A DNA stretch of 64,000 nucleotides from positions 10,540,001 through 10,604,000 of the forward strand of contig CM119385.1 of assembly GCA_051294905.1 (NCBI GenBank). Direction: 5' to 3'. This document shows, one piece after another, positions 48,831 through 60,359 of this stretch. Numbering within the stretch: the first letter of the stretch is position 1; every line of letters starts with the position of its first letter. This stretch comes from Botryllus schlosseri (taxonomy: Eukaryota). The translations under genes and the position numbers were made by a program. The notes under the pieces were generated by a model, which was not told the DNA's origin, did not search any database, and saw only the letters and a list, made by a program, of their open reading frames with translations.

Positions 48831-51218
48831 GTTCGCATATGTACTGTGGGGCTCAGATTGCTAAGGGCACTACATTAAAATATATCACGTTAAATCGCGA
48901 AAATCGCGAAGAAAATTTCAAGAATAATTGAAATCGGGAGTCAATTCGTAAATTCAATTTGTTCGTCGACGGCCGCCAGCACATACTTGTTGAATAACGC
49001 GACGGCCGCACAAATTTCCTGCTATACGGCCGCATGGTGGCCACCCCTGTGTAGGCATACTGCGTTAAAACACTGATGTGACGTTCTAATACATGCAATT
49101 CACCCATTACTACCAAGACATACAGTCAGATTTAAAATGCGATTATTCAAGTGTGACTGAAACAAGAAATATATGAGGGTATATCCTTATCAATTGAAAT
49201 CCGATTTCTGTCAAATGCGCAATTAGCTGGAATTTGATGTTTATGCATATGTTACCAGTATGTCCAGCGGCGATGAAGTTAAGTAGAATATAGAAGATTT
49301 CCATTCAAACGAATCGATTAAAATCAGAATTTTGCTGCCGAGAAGCTAATGCAATTCAACGCCTTACACTGCACAGTTGTAGCATTTCCCGATCAACGTT
49401 TGCAAAGCCCTGTTGTATAACTATTATCCGCATCAATGAATTGCAATTCGCAATAACACACTGTCCAATTTCGAACTCCAATTAAAAAGGCTGGCACGGG
49501 TAATATTATTTTCTTTATGGCTCACTCGCCACTTGGACTGCTTTAGGAGTCATTTTCTTGAGCGAAGCGGTGATAGTAGCCAGCTTATTTTTTGTTTTTG
49601 TCGGGCAGTTCATTTATTGTTTATATACTGAAGTATTTGTACTATCTGGATATTTCCAGCAATTTTTCAACGGTATTTTAATAAGATATTCGTCCACTTG
49701 GTCGTATTGTTTCGTACCTGTTGGGAAGGGAAAGCCAGAGTCAGCCTATACTGCAATCACTTCCTTCATATGTCTCTACTTGGAGACGACAAAGACTAAC
49801 ACGAAAATCATTCACGAATATAATTTAGCGAAGAGGAATGTGAACTTGCTCGTCCGATGGAGAGATGAGATGGTGTTTCCCAGAGCACTCGGGTTGAAAT
49901 CGACGTTTCTATCGAGATGACATCGCTTGCCTGATTACGAATTACTGATTACAAATTAGTGATGTACATTAGTACATCTAAAATGGTCGGCAGTTTTGTC
50001 AGATGAGCATCAGTGCCTTCTGCGAAAGACATAGTGATAATTTTTTTTTTCGAACCACAGAATGGAATTGGTTTTATGTGTGCGACACAGATTTTATGTG
50101 CGCGCAGACTGTGTCACGCGCGCAGCTTAGAGTGAACCCTGAACATTGGTCAGGAGCCTGGTTTAGTTGAACATGAACATTAACATCTAATCGACCGACG
50201 GCCACCAACGGTCGACTAGTCTAATTCAATCGAATTCTCTATCTATAGCAAAGTTATGTATAAGTCGCAAGTAACGTGGTATATTCGGTGATCGTATAAA
50301 CCGTGCACTTCTCCATCTTGGCAACGAATGTCTGCCAATTCTTCCATGACGCATCTATAGAACACCGGTATACTGCAATTAGTCATAGATTGGTCGCTTC
50401 TGAATGACCTATCGCAAATTTACATCTGTCGATTGCAGTGGAGCATACCTACCACGGCGTTTTCCTGGTTTCCTGAGAATCAAGTATCGAAAACGGTGGA
50501 AACTTCATATTGCACTATGATCGCATAAATTTCAGCAAAGGTGAAATTTAGAAATCGGTAATCACACACGCATTACGTCCGCAGTCATTTTGCTCTCATG
50601 TGAAACATTAAACGGCCTTGTCATCACTGTACTGTGCGTGCGGTGAGGTACAGATTACCATTATGCACAATACACATGTTGCACTGCTCCAGGGGTCACA
50701 CATTTTCATTTCAGGATGAGCCGATGTCAACAAACAAACTTCGCTGTTTTATACTCTTGTCCCAGTACCCTATCGTGTGCCGAGCCGCCACTTGATAATA
50801 CCCCGTCCTACACGTTGAGTCCTTTCTATCGTTATTTTCATTTAAGTTATTTTCTATTTGGCATGGATGAAACATTAAATATATATATTATATAAATATA
50901 TAATTTCGAGAATTCGAATCATTGCTTGCGAGATAATAGAAAGCCGGGGCATTTGATACTTGTATTGTATGCCCCGATCCGACCATTTCCACAAAAACTC
51001 GGGGAAATCTCATGCGCAATGACCATTTGTGTTGAACGGCAGTCGGCATGTACGAATACGAAGGCTGCGTAGTGCGTAGTCACTATAGGAGTATAGGTCT
51101 ACCGTCTTTTTTCTTGCGATTTCCAGAAAAAAAGTTTCAAATATCCTCTATTTAGGCCTAATACTTTGCCATTGCGCGTCAAAGCTCAGCTTTTGTTTCA
51201 GGATTTGTTCTGGACATT

Positions 51219-54200
51219 ATGGCATCGATTGGCATACTTCTTGCTACGTTGATGTTCCTTGTCTCCGACATTTCGGCAGTGTCTTATAGCCTAAAAGGTT
51301 TGTCAACCTCAATCGTTCTTATCGTATTTGTCTCGTCGAAATGTAGGCCATATCAGGGATATCTAGAAGGACTTGTTTTAGATGTCCCTGGCCTATATAC
51401 ATTGTACAATGTACAACCTCAGGTTGCCTGTTCGCTCTCGCAAGAGTAAACTTCATTGGACATTGATTATCGACCTGTTTGGTTAGGTGGACTCCTTAGG
51501 CCTATATTCAGACCGAAATTCCTCCTAGGAAAGAGCTACCCGATGACTAACAATAAGATCACATTTCCCGTTTGCGCGCGTCTGCTTCAAAGGTCTAGGA
51601 TAGGCTACGCGTGTGACTCTGTGTTGCCCAATTCTCCCCTAGGTCCGAAGCCGTTGGTTCCACGTTAAAGTTCCCCTAAAATAGGCATCCACCTACTAAG
51701 AACTTATATAATGATAGTCGATGACGATAATTGGGTGCAAATGAGCTGATGCTTTGTCTAACTAAATTGTAACTACATAATGACCATTTGCTATCGGCCC
51801 CTCTGTGACCATTGTTCATCCCAATGCAATTTCATTCATTCCAATATTTATCTGAGGGTTCATAACTAACATTTGTTACCAATTCCAGGCGGTAGACAAG
51901 AAGTCGTTTTGAAAAGGTAAGTATACAGTACATACTTTTAAACGTAGCGGTACCTGAAATTGACGTTCCTATTCGACATACCTAACGCTAACAGCGAACG
52001 CTCGTTGACTTACGCAACGCACCCGTCGGTTATGAACTTGTTGGATAAAGATGAATGTTTCATGCTTTCACACCATTCCGCCATGCTTAACTATAGATGG
52101 TGTCAAGATCACCAATTCGAATAAGCATGGCCACGTCAGACCTCATAACTATATCTGGAGAATTGCTAACGGAGAATAAGAACTTGTTGAGGTATGCGAT
52201 AGGGATAGCGTATATAGATCTGCCGATGATGACCTATCAAACGGAGAATTAATTATCTATATGTTGAAGGCGCGTAGAGGTAACGAAATTGTGGCGACCA
52301 AGAGATGTATAACTAATTCACGGACAAAAGTAGTGAAAACCAAAGTAGATGTCAGTATCTGGGACGGATTGCTGGTGTACTGGCACAAAACAGTTCCAGT
52401 CACGTAGATTGGCGCGAGAAATGACCGCCTATGTATCAGACCATAAGCATGAGTGAGCCCACTTATGTATTTATTAGGGATGTTGTGAACGTGAGGTTCA
52501 CGTTCGCGTTCTGTGTGTGAACCTCAGAAGCTTATAGGTTCACGTTTACAAACGAACCTTGGTAGGTTCTGCACTATGAACCTTATCATATATTACAATT
52601 TTCACTTCATTGTAACATATTTGGTTGAAGTTTATTGCACTGGCAGCTGCGGGCCATTATATGAATGGCGATGGAAGCATAAACAAATCAACACTAAACG
52701 AGCATACATCTTGACAATGTCAAAACTTTTACTTGCTTTTTTGTAAAAGTTTGCTCGCATATTTAGTGACTCTCTGCTGTGACCTTGACCCGCAAACACA
52801 CAACATCAAAAGCGAAATACACTGCATGTATGTAGTCAGCGAATGATGCTTATTCAACCAATCAATGAAATCGATATCGTTGTCTGATGTAAAAACTGTC
52901 TCAGGCGTACAGGGTCAATCGTGATTTCATATGTTTATTGTATCATAAAAACAAAATCCGTGCGATTAGGGTGCTACAGCTGTATAGCTTGTCAATGGGG
53001 TATAATATCGGTACCAAGTATAGAAACCCGTTTTGCACTCTGCTCAATATCAACGTAGCAATACTCATTAGTCAGACACCTAATACATTCTCCGGTCTGG
53101 CCTAGACCGTTAGGGCGTAAGCTTATATTCCCTTGCTAGTCCTCGTCGATATTGTTGGCAACGCGACGGAGGTTATTGGTTTTATGGGATTATTATATAT
53201 CATTTGATTGCCCTAGTTGATGCATTTGTTGACGTTTAAAACGCCAATATGTACTTCAGCATTGTAGCATTATGAGGCCCGAGTCATCGCTAGGTAGCCT
53301 ATCGTGTAAATTAACATGGGCTCCACTTCACTGAAATGTAGGGTTGGAATTAGCATTTTGACGTCACGTGATGTCATGAGGTTCACGTTCGCGTTCACAC
53401 AGAACCTTTCAAAAAGTTTCGCGTTCACACGAACCTGAACCTTTCGGAGGTTCACACCATTCCTAGTATTTATCCAGTGACAAATGAAGAAGTATATTGC
53501 TATGAAAGATATCGGGTCGACTGCTTCACGATCACAACATCATTTTGGCGCCACTTATCCACGCGCCCGGTTAGAATTCGTTCTTTCTGCGGGATGTAAA
53601 TCTATAGTTTGGAGCTGAAAAAAATAGACATTTTAAATTGATTGATCTTTTGCTTTGCAGTAATAGTACATCGAACGAGAAAAAGACTGCTTTAGCAATA
53701 AAAGGTGATGCTGTGGTCCTGAAATGCGTATTTGAAGTTTATGGATGGTCGACAATCCAATGGTAAGCTACGACATACGGTCAAAATTACTGTCGTATAA
53801 TTGTGGTCCATTTCACCTATACAGGGTAAAGTTCACACGTGAAGACGTATCAGAAACCGTACTTCCAGATCGTATGGTTAATTCTACTGGTGGGAGCGTT
53901 TCAATAGCCACTCTACAGAACATCACGGAATCAGACGAAGGGAATTATAGCTGCATACTAACAACTCTTAGAAGTGGTTCGCTTTCATACAGCTTTGAAC
54001 TCGCGGTTAAAGGTAACCTCATATTCTTGTGCATGTAATTTTGTGGAAAATATGGTAGCTTATTTCATTTTCTTCCATGTGATGGTCCGTGGTAAATGCA
54101 GGGTTGTGCTTACAACTAAAATGCATTTAAAAGAAAGATGTTTAAATAGGGCACTTGTTTGAAACATTGAAGCTGAAACATCTAAAATTACAATATTTGG

Positions 54201-54943
54201 CTCATTTGAATGCATGTACAGTACGGTACACCAAATAGAATGTTCCAAAGTTGTGGGGTATTCAAGAAATATTTACTTGTTCATTGTGACCAACTCAGGA
54301 CTTGGTTAATGGTTACAAACCTTGACCTGCCTTCTCCCCATCCCTCAGCAAAGAGACTCGGCTAGCGTTAGTTCATATATGTGTCTATTACACTGACATA
54401 AATTTCATCAAGCATAATTCTCGGTTTCCTGATAGAACGTGAGTGATGGAATTGCTGTCAAACCGACGGCGCTGGGGTTATAGATTTGTTAACTATGAAG
54501 CAGTCTCTAAAATTGTGAACTGAAGTTGATTATTGTTTATATCAAGTCACGATTAACTTTCCGACAGATTAAAAATATGCGCCACCCGTTTGGTCTGGTG
54601 CGAAGCGAGATTATTATAATACATGAGGTCATGGGCTGACGAAACGCCATCGTATTTATTCCATATTCAACATGTGATACTTGCAGGAAAGTCATGGTGT
54701 GATGAATCTACCTGCTCAGGCAACGGAACCTGCGTGGAAGCAATCGACGGGTAAGTTATCATCCTTCCATTGATTGCATTTCATATCATTTCCCACGAGA
54801 CTTGTTCAGATATAATTGTGTCTGTGATCCTGGATTCGTTGGTACTCATTGCGAACACGTAGATCCATGCTTAAATTCACCCTGTCTGAACCGTGGAACC
54901 TGTAGCGTAGATGGAGGTGACTTCAACTGCACCTGCATCACAG
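51219..54943 (+). CDS. Gene C (5' part): signal peptide, Ig domain and first two EGF modules; paralog of gene B
   Basis: Exons 51219-51297, 51889-51916, 53661-53762, 53825-54012, 54687-54750 and 54810-54943 have the same phases as gene B, with identical 102- and 64-nt exon lengths. Motifs GDAVVLKCVF...W and DEGNYSC. The next exon was not found in the window. Confidence 0.88.
52475..53465. mobile_element. hAT-type non-autonomous element
   Basis: Ends are TAGGGATG.TGTGAAC/GTTCACACCATTCCTA with GTTCAC subterminal repeats and a perfect TSD GTATTTAT. Confidence 0.9.
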
Positions 54944-55399
54944 GTAGGATACACATCAGAGATGATGATGTGGCTCGTATTCAGAAGCGCGCTGTTTGCC
55001 TGGCTTTCCGGAGATGGTCACTAACGAATGCTTCTACTCACGTAGGATTTTGACCTCTAGCACTCACGTAAATATGCTTTCAGACTTCATCCACTTAATT
55101 CAACGGCAGTATGTAATAGGACCATAGGAATAGAAATAGAACGCTGTTTATCTCTGCCCTTGGTGTTTTTGCGGCATATACGATATGTAGAAATGCATAC
55201 CATGAGTGCATGATGTGCATATACCGCTGCACAAGGAAGATGCAGAAATAGCCTGGTACGGTCTTGCACCACTCCGCCATGCTATCCCTGTAAGGCAGTG
55301 GTTCCCAACCTGTGGTACGCGTAGGTCTTCCAGGTGGTACGCGAGTAGATTCTGTTTTTTTCGACCGAAGGGACTTACTAGTTCAGGTGACGTTGATTT

Positions 55400-55618
55400 T
55401 TGAGTTTTTTGAAGCCGTCGTCTCACGCTATTTCCCAGCTGCTAATTTTCCGTTATACGTGGGAATGCGAGCAAGGATTTTCATCCCTGATGACTATCAA
55501 GTCGAAGAAACGGAACCGACTTGTTGCGCCCATACATGACTTTCGATGCGCTGTAAGCAAACGTATGCCACGCATCGACAAGCTAGTGGAAAATAAACAA
55601 ATGCAGCCATCGCATTAA
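55400..55618 (+). pseudogene. hAT transposase C-terminal dimerisation-domain remnant
   Basis: CEQGFSSLMTIKSKKRNRL...PRIDKLVENKQMQPSH* matches the Charlie/Buster-type C-terminus. Confidence 0.88.
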
Positions 55619-55731
55619 ATAAATTGACTTTTGTTGTGTGTTTTTATTTCATTATGTTGTTCTTCTTGTGACTGGTGGTGAAAAAAACAATTCCATACAT
55701 CCCATCAACCCGGCTGATATAATGCCTAGTT

Positions 55732-56999
55732 CAGGGGTGTCAAACTCAAATTGCATCACGGGCCGGATCGAAGTCATGAAATCTCTCGTGGGCAGGACCA
55801 GTCAACGGAATCCAAAATGTTGCTCGTGCCATTTCTTCTCGCTGGAATACTTTATTATCAAGCATACGGATCGTAGGGGTTTTATTCTAGCGAGTCGCAA
55901 CACCAATATTTGCGAGCAATGAAATTGGCGAAAATACGATGTTTGTCCGGTTGAATACAGTTAAGAACCACTAAAACAATGGCATTACCAGCGATACAAG
56001 TAGACATATTTCAGTGTTCCCTTTGCTTTATTCCAGGGGTGGCCAACCTGCGACCGTAAGAGGGAATTTGTGCGGCCGTAGACACGCAATTCAATTAGTA
56101 TGTGTTGGCGGCCGTCGACATGCAAGTCGAATTTACGAATTGACTTCCTATTTCTTGAAAGATTTTAATTAATCTTGAAATTTTCTTCGCGCTGCGCGCG
56201 ATTCAATGCAACCACATTTTCGACTTTAATATAGTAACACCCTTTGCAATCACAGCCCCACAATACAGATGCGAACATCAGTGCAAATGATGCGCCTCAC
56301 ATGGAAATATCAGATCGGAATCGTTTTCTCCTCACTATACCAACAATCCTGATCGGAGGTCAAGAAATCACAGCATGCTACAAAGTGACTAATACCAATT
56401 GGCCCACCCGAAGATGCATCATAATTTGTAACTTGCTTTAGATTTTTGAAAACATCCCTACAACAACTCTCACCAGTTTATCTGATCACACGGGATGAGA
56501 CAGGATGTTTTATGGTATTATGTAAGACTACCAATATCAATGACGAAATTCATCGGTGAATCTGAAGTTTTTTCGCGCTTCGCGCGACTATGAGCACTTC
56601 CTTCCTTCACATTACCAGTGACCACTCGCGATTTTGGTGCGCATAGTAAGCCTATCATTAAATAGATTAGTCCGGAGTTCACCAGAAATGGACATAGACA
56701 CTTCCTGGGTATTTGGCGTCCAGCTCGTTCATTACGACTATGCCCTACAATGCGGCAGAGTAGTCGAAATGCGGCCGTAAATGGCAAAACGGTTGGCCAC
56801 CCCTGCGTTAGTCATAATCTGGTGTTAGGCCCTGCGTATGCGTTGTTATGAATACAAGATATTCAACTATCAACGCGGACGTTGTAATTTGGTTTATTAC
56901 TGTGGATGTGATGGATAATATAATCTTATTTCAATGTACTCAGAATTGCTATGCGGGCCGGATAAAATCGTCCGGCGGGCCGTATGTTTGACATCCCTG
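55732..56999. mobile_element. hAT MITE nested in 55296-57158
   Basis: TIRs are CAGGGGTGTCAAAC/GTTTGACATCCCTG with a perfect TSD GCCTAGTT. Confidence 0.9.
56034..56805. mobile_element. hAT MITE nested in 55732-56999
   Basis: TIR CAGGGGTGGCCAACC at both ends; TSD CTTTATTC/CGTTAGTC (6/8). Confidence 0.85.
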
Positions 57000-57667
57000 G
57001 CCTAGTTTAATAGAATTTGTTAATACACCTCGCATAGGTCAAATACGTGAGTATGACGTCATAAATAGTGGAAACGCACGTAACGTATATAGGTGGTACG
57101 CGAGCACTGCATAAAACCTCAAAATGGTACGTGGATGGAAAAAGGTTGGGAACCACTGCTGTAAGGCTAAGCGCCAAGCGGAGAAGACATGGATATTGGA
57201 TATCATGACCTACCGATGAAAAATCCGGACGCACCACCATTACTTTAAATATATTTTGGATAGGTTTGCATCACTTCTACTAGTGAAGTTGTCGAAACAA
57301 CCGGGTAAAATAGGCTTTAGATGTGGACAAAGTATCCAGCATTGTTACTCGGGTAACATTAGAAGTATTTCCAAAAATTTATACTCAACTACAAGTATAG
57401 AAGTAGTAATTTCCAATGAAAAATACCTCAAGTAGAATTATAGAAAGCGAAAGTTATGAAAAGTACTCTCGAGTAATTTCAAAAGGTGGATTAAGTCGAG
57501 GCTCCGTTTGCTTTTACCATAGTCGATCGGAGGTTAACTTGATATTTACACGGAACAATGTATGCATCGTTAATATGTCATGCTTGCTGTGTTAACGACG
57601 AAAGGTTCGACTGCGCACAAGTTTCATTATTTTATAATTTATGTGCTTTCATCATCCCTATATAGCG

Positions 57668-58281
57668 CAGGGGTGGCCAACCTGCGATCGTATAGCAGAA
57701 AATTTGTGCGGCCGTCGATACGTAATTCAATTAGTATGTGTTGACAACCGTCGACATGCAAATTGAATTTACGAATTGACTCCGGAATTTTGGAGTGATT
57801 TTAATATAGTAGCGCCCTTTGCGATATGATCCCACAGTACAGATGCGAACAGCTGAGAATATTATGCGCCCCAAAAAGAAATACTAACTTGGAATCGTGT
57901 GGTCCTCACGAAATAAATTTATTTCTGGTGCGTTTGGGTGATTCCAATATTTTTCCACTATACTGCCAATCCTGATGGGAGGTGAAGAAATATGAGCATG
58001 CAACAAAGTGACTAACAACAATTGGCTCACCCGAAGATGCATCATATCATTTATAACTTTCCCCTAAATTTTCGAAAACACTCCCTCCATCAACTCTACC
58101 GGTGAATCTGATCACATGGGTTGAGAAAGGATAAATATTTGATAGTAATATGTGAATAAACTATACTTATATTAATGACGAAATTGATTTGTGAATCTGA
58201 AAAAATTTTCGCGCTTTACGCGACCGTCACGGATCCCATTACACGACCACTCGCGATTTCGGTGCGTATAGTAAGCCAACA
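57668..58281 (+). mobile_element. Second copy of the 56034 MITE family, interrupted by element 3
   Basis: Collinear with 56034-56660 up to ...ATAGTAAGCC, where similarity stops abruptly. Confidence 0.85.
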
Positions 58282-58438
58282 TGAAAAGAAGGGAACTAGT
58301 GAAGTATATGCCCGCTTTACTCGTGTGTATGTTTGACGTCATCTAACATGATTCCCCATGATCATTTAATTCAATTTCCTTATTCTATCCTTTTAATCTC
58401 TTTTTTCTTCTCGTTCTCTCGTTTTTCTCGAACGAGTC

Positions 58439-58463
58439 AAAAAATGCTGACTCAGCATTTTTT
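58439..58463. promoter_or_regulatory. Perfect 25-bp palindrome containing a consensus T-MARE
   Basis: AAAAAA-TGCTGACTCAGCA-TTTTTT. Confidence 0.6.
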
Positions 58464-58513
58464 CTAGTTACGAGGTTTCAGTTTTGTCCGTTTTCCCTCA
58501 TTATATCACATAT

Positions 58514-58927
58514 TTACACTCTGCTAAAAACAGCTTTACATCTTTTGTATAACTGTGGGTGGTATAGGGCCTTCGCACAACACCACTTCTCTTGTACGTT
58601 TGATTGCAGCAGTACGAGTCCCTCATTCCTTAGATCTGCTGCCTTCATGCAAATTACCACATTCCGCTTTTTGCTTTTCTTCGTTATCGTTTTGCTCAAA
58701 TGAATGAATCTCCTGTTCATTCGTTTATTGCTTGCGAACATTATCTGTCTTGCATTGTTTTCAGTCGTCATGTGGTACAATATCTCGTTGCCTTTATATT
58801 TACAGTGCGGAGGGGGCAACCCTTTTGTATGTCCATGTGCAGCCGCCAAACCATAGTTTGAGACTATTACTCTATCGCACCTTTTCATGACGTTCTTGAT
58901 TTCTTCAATTCTCATTTGCAACCCCAT
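58514..58927 (-). CDS. Integrase-like ORF lacking catalytic acidic residues
   Basis: IKNVMKRCDR, GHTKGLPPP and ALYHPQ lie at roughly integrase spacing (C to YHP is 105 aa here versus about 115 in element 2). Confidence 0.45.
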   Translation of the reverse strand: MGLQMRIEEIKNVMKRCDRVIVSNYGLAAAHGHTKGLPPPHCKYKGNEILYHMTTENNARQIMFASNKRMNRRFIHLSKTITKKSKKRNVVICMKAADLRNEGLVLLQSNVQEKWCCAKALYHPQLYKRCKAVFSRV

Positions 58928-59326
58928 TTTTTTATGACGCCGTAAATTCCTTCCCAGGGATGATATCCATCCACTGAGTCATTACAAAGATCATGGCGAC
59001 AATGAGACTCTTGAGTTCCGTCTCAACGCTAGGACTGGTCCCTTGTTGTGGTAACTTGGCCAGCCATTGGCCAATGTGAATCTCGTGATGAACGGGGTTT
59101 TGTTGTTGGTGGAGAGAGGGCGAGGTCCTTCGATGTAGGCCTCTGATCTCGGTGCGTGCCCGCACCTACCGTCACGCCGACGAACTCCTTTTCCGCCGGG
59201 GACCCTTTTTCTGGGGAGACGTGCATCCTAAAATCCCCAGACTCCTTGTCGGACATGACCAGGTGTGTATCCGGTTGACCGGCAATCGCTGCTTCGTTTG
59301 AACCTTTTGGGAAAGTACTCATTACT

Positions 59327-59600
59327 GTGGCTGTCGTCATGCATCTATGGGCCGATTCATTAAGGTTATTCGGACAAGTGCATCCACGAAAGCATTTAGG
59401 ACCAGTTTTCTCATGCAGGTCTTTATTTTCGCCAGCGGACATTCTTCGTTCGATGTCAGCTGTGGCAGTCGCCATGCATCTATGGGCCGGATTTTTTACA
59501 GTTATCCGGACAAGTGCATCCGCAAAAGCCTTCGGGACCAGTTTTCTCGTGCAGGTCCTTATTTACGCCAGCGGGGATTCAACGCTCGACGTCTTCATTA
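59327..59600 (-). repeat. ~132-bp tandem duplication encoding a 44-aa Cys-containing repeat
   Basis: Two copies: NKDLHEKTGPEGFCGCTCPDN and NKDLHEKTGPKCFRGCTCPNN. Confidence 0.85.
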
Positions 59601-59852
59601 ACGGTGTTAGCAGGCATTCCTGTCTCAACACCAATAGTTTCCCATGGGTTCTGTGTGACGTTAGTTGCTATTTTCAACTCGTCGTTCGCACCAGTGGTGA
59701 TTACCATCTCGGTACTTGCGCCAGCGGCAACGTCCAGCGGCGACGGCCAGCGTGCCGGCTCGACGCTTATTTGATTTGCAGCTTCCATCAACCCCATCAT
59801 CGGTTACAGTGTCGCGAGGACTGCTTCCGACTTTGGTTCCGTCCCGTTTATC

Positions 59853-60260
59853 TCATGAGATCCCATCACGTAGAGTTACTAAAGACAACTCTTCAATCGC
59901 ATTAGACGGTGTTTTCAACCCAATTACTATTCTTGGTAATAGCTGTACTTGTTCAATCCATTTCAACCCTATGATATTAAGTGGAGCTCCTAATCCGGTC
60001 ACAAATGGAACGGACAGACCATCAAAATTAATCTCTACGAAGGAGTCCACTTGGGACGAGCCACCTATTCCAGTCAATTCCATGTCTATTGGTTGACGTT
60101 CTTCCCAGCTTTGTGGGTATTTAGTAATAACGACCTTTTTTTCATTATCAAATTGAGGATGCTTCCCGTGTCAGCTAGGAATTTCGAACCCGTTATTGTA
60201 TCAATCAAATACAACAATTGGCCTCCGAACAATTCCGTAAATCGGGCTGTAATGGGTCAT
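59853..60260 (-). pseudogene. Retroviral-type aspartic protease, frameshifted
   Basis: LLYLIDTITGSKFLADTGS (DTGS at 60161-60172), a frameshift at an A7 run, then flap LTGIGG and C-terminal NIIGLKWI. Confidence 0.8.
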
Positions 60261-60359
60261 CCGGCGTATCAAGAAATGTAAATAAGGGTAAAGAAGAGTT
60301 ATGTACAGTTTTTGTGTGTTGCGGTAATAAATTATCTGGGAGCTGATTTACCGGATCAA

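Larger units (their letters stand above)
55296..57158 (+). mobile_element. hAT (Charlie/Buster-like) deletion derivative hosting nested MITEs
   Basis: TIR CAGTGGTTCCCAACC with a perfect TSD CTGTAAGG. Confidence 0.93.

Noticed and set aside
59327-60096. Plus-strand ORFs (192, 126 aa and others) over element 3
   Set aside because: These are antisense shadows of the GC-richer minus-strand coding and repeat region, with no independent motifs.
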